Positions 59,880-64,000 of a stretch of 64,000 nt of DNA are shown in pieces; the stretch's first letter is position 1, and each line of letters starts with the position of its first letter. This DNA is from Hemiscyllium ocellatum (Eukaryota): contig NC_083411.1 of NCBI RefSeq assembly GCF_020745735.1, forward strand, positions 94,164,328 to 94,228,327. Reading direction: 5' to 3'. The notes under the pieces are model-generated. The model did no database searches. It was given only the letters and a program-made list of their open reading frames with translations, and was not told the DNA's origin. A program made the position numbers and the translations under genes.

Positions 59880-62800
59880 ATCTCTTGTTTTTTTTTATTT
59901 TATATTTCCCTTCTTTTTTCCTTTTCCACACTACCACCTAACTGCAGTATTGCTTATGTTTTCCCCCAGCACCCATGTTGTGTGTGTGCAGGTGTGAGAC
60001 ACAGTGAAAGACACAAGGTGCATGAATCTTTATTCAGTTTCCACCACCAGGAAGCAAAGAAACACCCAAGTGGCCAGTGACAAGCAGTGCCCTTCTCATC
60101 AAAGGGCAATGCTGTGATCAAACAGTGAAGGGGAGGGCAGGGACTAAATCAAAATAGAGTTGGAGGGGGAAATGATGCACTCCACTCCCTGCGGCACCCA
60201 CCTCTCCCTGAGCAACTCCAGGGTGTTGTCGGACACCGCGTGCTCCTTCTCCAAGGACACCCAGGCTCTAACGTAACCGCGGAAGAGGGGCAGGCAGTCG
60301 GCCCTATCGACCCCCTCCATGGCCCGCTGCCTGGACCTGTTTATGGCCAGTTTGGCCAGGCCCAGGAGCAGACCCACGAGGAGGTCTTCAGACCTGCCCT
60401 CCCTCCTCCGCACCGGGTGCCCGAAGATCAGGAGCGTGGGACTGAAGTGCAACCAAAAGAGAGGAGGAGATTTTTGAGAAAATCAAAAAAGGGAGTGCAA
60501 TCTCTCACACCCAATATACACGTAGTCCACGGACTCCACAGAACAAGCAGTTGGGCTGGGAATCCGTGAACCACCACAATCTGCGGTTGCAGGGGACTGC
60601 TGCGTGCAGCACCCTCCACCCCAGATCTCCAATAGAAAGGAGGAGGACTCCCGTGTAGAGAGCCCTCCACTAGGGATCCCCACCACCCGGTGGCAAATGG
60701 GCACGCCAAGGCGTGTCCGGACGGTGGATGAGGGAGAAGAGGTGGACGGTGTGCAGCAGCAGTCGATATAGGACCCGCTTTTTACGTCCTTAAAAAAGGG
60801 ACAAAATTAAAATTCCGCAGGCAGCTCAGGTTGTGGGGCACAGGCTCCCGCGGGAAGTATGGGACCTTGGGGCCGATGTGAAATTCTGTCCGGGCAGGGG
60901 TGAGCGCGGACGGGATCCCACCGCACACCTGCGCGTCCTCCAACAGGTGCACTACGTCGGGTCCGAGCACCGCCGTTTTAAGGCGTCGGATGCCAGTGGC
61001 CCCGTACCGGACGTCTACCGCTGCCCTGCTCGCTATGTCCTGCGGCAGCGTCCAGCCCAGGCCCCTGGCACCCAGCACGTCCCTGACCCTGGTCACCCTC
61101 ACCGCCATGGCCCTCCCCTCCAACAGCCACTCGAACCCGTGAGCACGGAGGTGCAGATTCCTGAGCAACGGCTCCCTGACGACAGCCGCTACTCCTGCCG
61201 GAGGGTAGGTTTGGAGACGGGTGGTACTCCAGCTGAATCCGTAACTCCTCTGGCAGAGAGTCCACCCGCCACAGACCAACCAGTAGCCCGGAACATTTGG
61301 CCCAGTTGATCCTGGCGGAAGACGCTGCCGAGTACACGGCCTGGCACTCGCGCATCCTCCCCGGGTCAGCCGGGTCGGTGAAAGTGAGGAGCACTTTGTC
61401 GGTGTAGGCCGAGAGGACCACCCCCATGCCCGCGCCGCGCAGAACCAGCCCCGACAACCTCCTCCGCAAGAGGCGCAGGAAAGGCTCCACGCACAGGGAA
61501 TACAGCTGGCCGGACAGGGGGCAGCCTTGATGCACTCCTCTCCCGAAGCGAAGGGCAGTCGTCGGCCAGCAGCACAAGGAGCTGCTGACGGGTGCCACGC
61601 CTGTTTTCCAGCGAGTAGAAGAAGGGGGAGCCGCGGTCCAGGTCCTGGAGGAGCTGGATCCGCAACCTCATGTACGCGCCCCGACAAATTGCAGGTCCTG
61701 GAGCGCGGCCTTCTTCTCTTCGTACACCCCGCGCAGGGCCGGGTCCGCGTCAGGCTGACCGAGGCGTGACTCCAGGTCGAGCATCCCCCTCTCCAACTCC
61801 CAGATCCTGGATTTCCGCCTCTTTGTCGACCCCCTCGCATACTCCTGACAGAACACGCGGACGTGAGCCTTGCCCACGTCCCACCATAGCCTCAGGGAGG
61901 GGAAGCTTCCCCACTTCCTTCTCCAGCAGGCCCAGAAACGACGAAACGAGTCCCGGAACCGCTCGTCCTCCAGCAGCAGGTTGTTAAAGTGCCAGTACGC
62001 GGAGCCCAACCTGGCGCCGAACGGAAGGAGTTCCGCCCACACCAGGTGATGGTCCGTGCACGACACCTGCCGCGTGGAGGCCTTCGGAAAACAGGAGGCG
62101 TACGCCCGCGAAACGTACAGGCGGTCGATTCTGGACGCTCCAACCCCAGGCCTCACGAAGGTGAAGGCGATGGAGTCAGGATGGAGATTCCGCCAGACGT
62201 CCACCAGGTCCAAGGACTTGATCTAGTCCCCCAACCTCCTCCCCGACACCGAACTCGTGCGGGCACCGCCGTGGTCCCTGTCCTCGAGGACGCAGTTAAA
62301 ATCTCCCCCGAGGATGCCGCACTGGTTCTCGTCGATGGAAGCAAGATGAGCGGACACTTCTTCAAAGAAGCTCGCTTGCCTCGGCCTGGCCAGGGGAGCG
62401 TAGACGTTCACCAAGTGAAACACCACCCCCCCCCCCCCAGCCGAACCGTGAAGCAAACGGCCTGGCACGGGCTCCCTGACCCCCAAGATCTCCGGCTGAA
62501 AATGCGGGGCCAACAAGATAGCCACCCCGCCAGATCTGCGGGTGAGCTGACTCATGTAGACCTCCACCTCACCACTCCAGGAGCCAGGTGGCTTCATCTC
62601 CCGGGGTAGTGTGGGTTTCTTGCAGGAAGCACACCGCATACCTCCCGTCCCGAGGACTGAGAGGGTCTGGAATCTGCACTGTGACTCCCTGTTGAGGCTG
62701 GCTATAGTTGTCTCCATGGCAGAAGCATTGTGCAACCACCAGCAGTACAATTAAAAAACTATATATACATATTTACTGGGAGGACGAGAGAGGGGCACAG

Positions 62801-63780
62801 AGGTCCCTCGCCCTCACCAGGAGTCCCCTAGGAGGTTCCTGACTCACTTTTGCTCGTTCACGTCGAGCCCAGGCACCTGGTGCGCAGTGTGGGCCCACCA
62901 GTAAACTCTCGAAGGAGCTCCAGCGGTCGAGCGCCAGTTCGGCTCTATCCCGGTGACTCCAAGTTTCCTCGACAATCTCCTGGAGGTCCTCGAGGGGGAT
63001 ATCGGTGGAGGAACCTGGGACTCAAAAATGTTGCTGGAGACAGACTCCGCATCGTCCCCAGTGTCCACCACCATTTCCAAACCGTCCTCCAGGAGATCAC
63101 CCTCAGTCATAGACCCCTCCCCCACCAAGAGAATGGGAGCGGGTCCGGCACCACCAACTGGCCTCAAACCCCCAGTAACTCCACCACCAGGGTCACCGGC
63201 GGTACCCTCCTCGTCGCACCCCCTCCCAGAACGCCCTGGGTTCGGGTGCAGGACATAGCATTGGCTCGTACCCTGAAGAGGGGCAGCGCCGCCAGCACAC
63301 TGCTGGGAATCTCCCCCCTCCAAGTGCCAGTGCCTTTTCCCCAGAGAGATAGGGGGGTTTTTATAGGCCTTCCCTCCCCGCTCGCCTTGGTGGTCATGGA
63401 ACTCAAAGTCCCTCCCTCCCCAACCTTTCCTGGACTACGATTGGCTGGGGGAAGACAGGGGGCGTGGCCATGATGGGGAGGGTCAGCTGTGTCACTTCCT
63501 GCCCCGCCCATGGATTATCAGGTGATGGTGGGTGGGGCAGGGGCCCAGTTCCCTCTCCTGGGCCCAGAGACACGGTTGCTGCAGGTGGTGAGGCAGCGGT
63601 GGTTCCCCCGAGGTTAGTGCCAGGGGGTGGCTGGGTGGGGTAGGGCTCGGGGGCCTCTGGACCAGGTGTTATGGTGCCAGGGGCACACGTTGAAGCTCCA
63701 GGGATTTCTTTAAACAGATGGGGGTTGTGTGTGGGGTCAGTGGGGCCAGGATCAAGTACGGGTTTGGGGTTCGACTGACA
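59880..63780 (-). mobile_element. Tx1-like non-LTR retrotransposon (ORF1 3' part plus internally deleted ORF2), copy A
   Basis: ORF2 ATG at 62717 (METTIASLN). APE motifs GGVAIL, NVYAP, GGDFNCVL, SRIDRLY, TDH, YWHFN, WWDVGK. RT motifs RGVHQGCPLSGQLY and SAYTDKV. Stop at 60144-60146. GC- and CpG-rich. Confidence 0.92.
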
Positions 63781-63784
63781 CGGC

Positions 63785-64000
63785 TGCAGGCAGTCAGCCC
63801 TAATGACCCCCTCCATGGCCCGCTGCCAGGACCTGGTTATGGCCTGTTTGGCCAGGCCCAGGAGCAGACCCACGAGGAGGTCTTCAGACCTGCCCTCCCT
63901 CCTCCGTACCGGGTGCCCGAAGATCAGGAGCGTGGGACTGAAGTGCAACCAAAAGCAGAGGAGGAGGTTTTTCAGAAAATCAAAAAGGGAGTGCAAATGC
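63785..64000 (-). mobile_element. Tx1-like ORF2 C-terminal fragment, copy D, running off the window
   Basis: HSLFDFLKNLLLCFWLHFSPTLLIFGHPVRRREGRSEDLLV, near-identical to the copy A C-terminus. Confidence 0.85.

Noticed and set aside
1-64000. Prokaryotic-type systems (CRISPR arrays, operons, defence islands)
   Set aside because: The sequence is spliced vertebrate DNA, and there is no repeat-spacer array.

Overview
Eukaryotic, repeat-rich vertebrate DNA. The repeat set (HE1/V-SINEs, HER1/CR1-type LINEs, Penelope-like elements) points to a shark; this is inferred. Three protein genes lie on the minus strand, reconstructed by hand from GT-AG boundaries with consistent phases: (1) RAB33A coding exon 1 (6182-6436; exon 2 lies outside the window); (2) a complete three-exon mitochondrial methionyl-tRNA synthetase MARS2 (27875->21252, 604 aa); (3) a complete cyclin B3 gene CCNB3 with 11 coding exons (54252->37014, 411 aa), a CCAAT/CHR promoter and Pumilio/CPE motifs in its 3' UTR. 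The rest is mostly transposon-derived: CR1 LINEs, HE1 SINEs, Penelope GIY-YIG fragments, a Harbinger transposase fossil, an RTE fragment, a solo LTR, a Gypsy gag remnant and a stack of Tx1-like elements at 58-64 kb. The most striking unannotated signal is a recurring class of ~150-220 bp fold-back (inverted-repeat) insertions. Three of them have 13-14 bp target-site duplications. They are built from Penelope-type terminal sequences, and their symmetry centre sits in or next to a minimal hammerhead ribozyme motif (CUGANGA-A-stem II-GAAAC-GUC). In one copy (55222-55436) the arm begins exactly at the predicted self-cleavage site and is joined to tandem copies of the element's 3' end. Most ORFs in the supplied track are repeat-derived or spurious. 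All family assignments are from recalled motifs, not from database searches.
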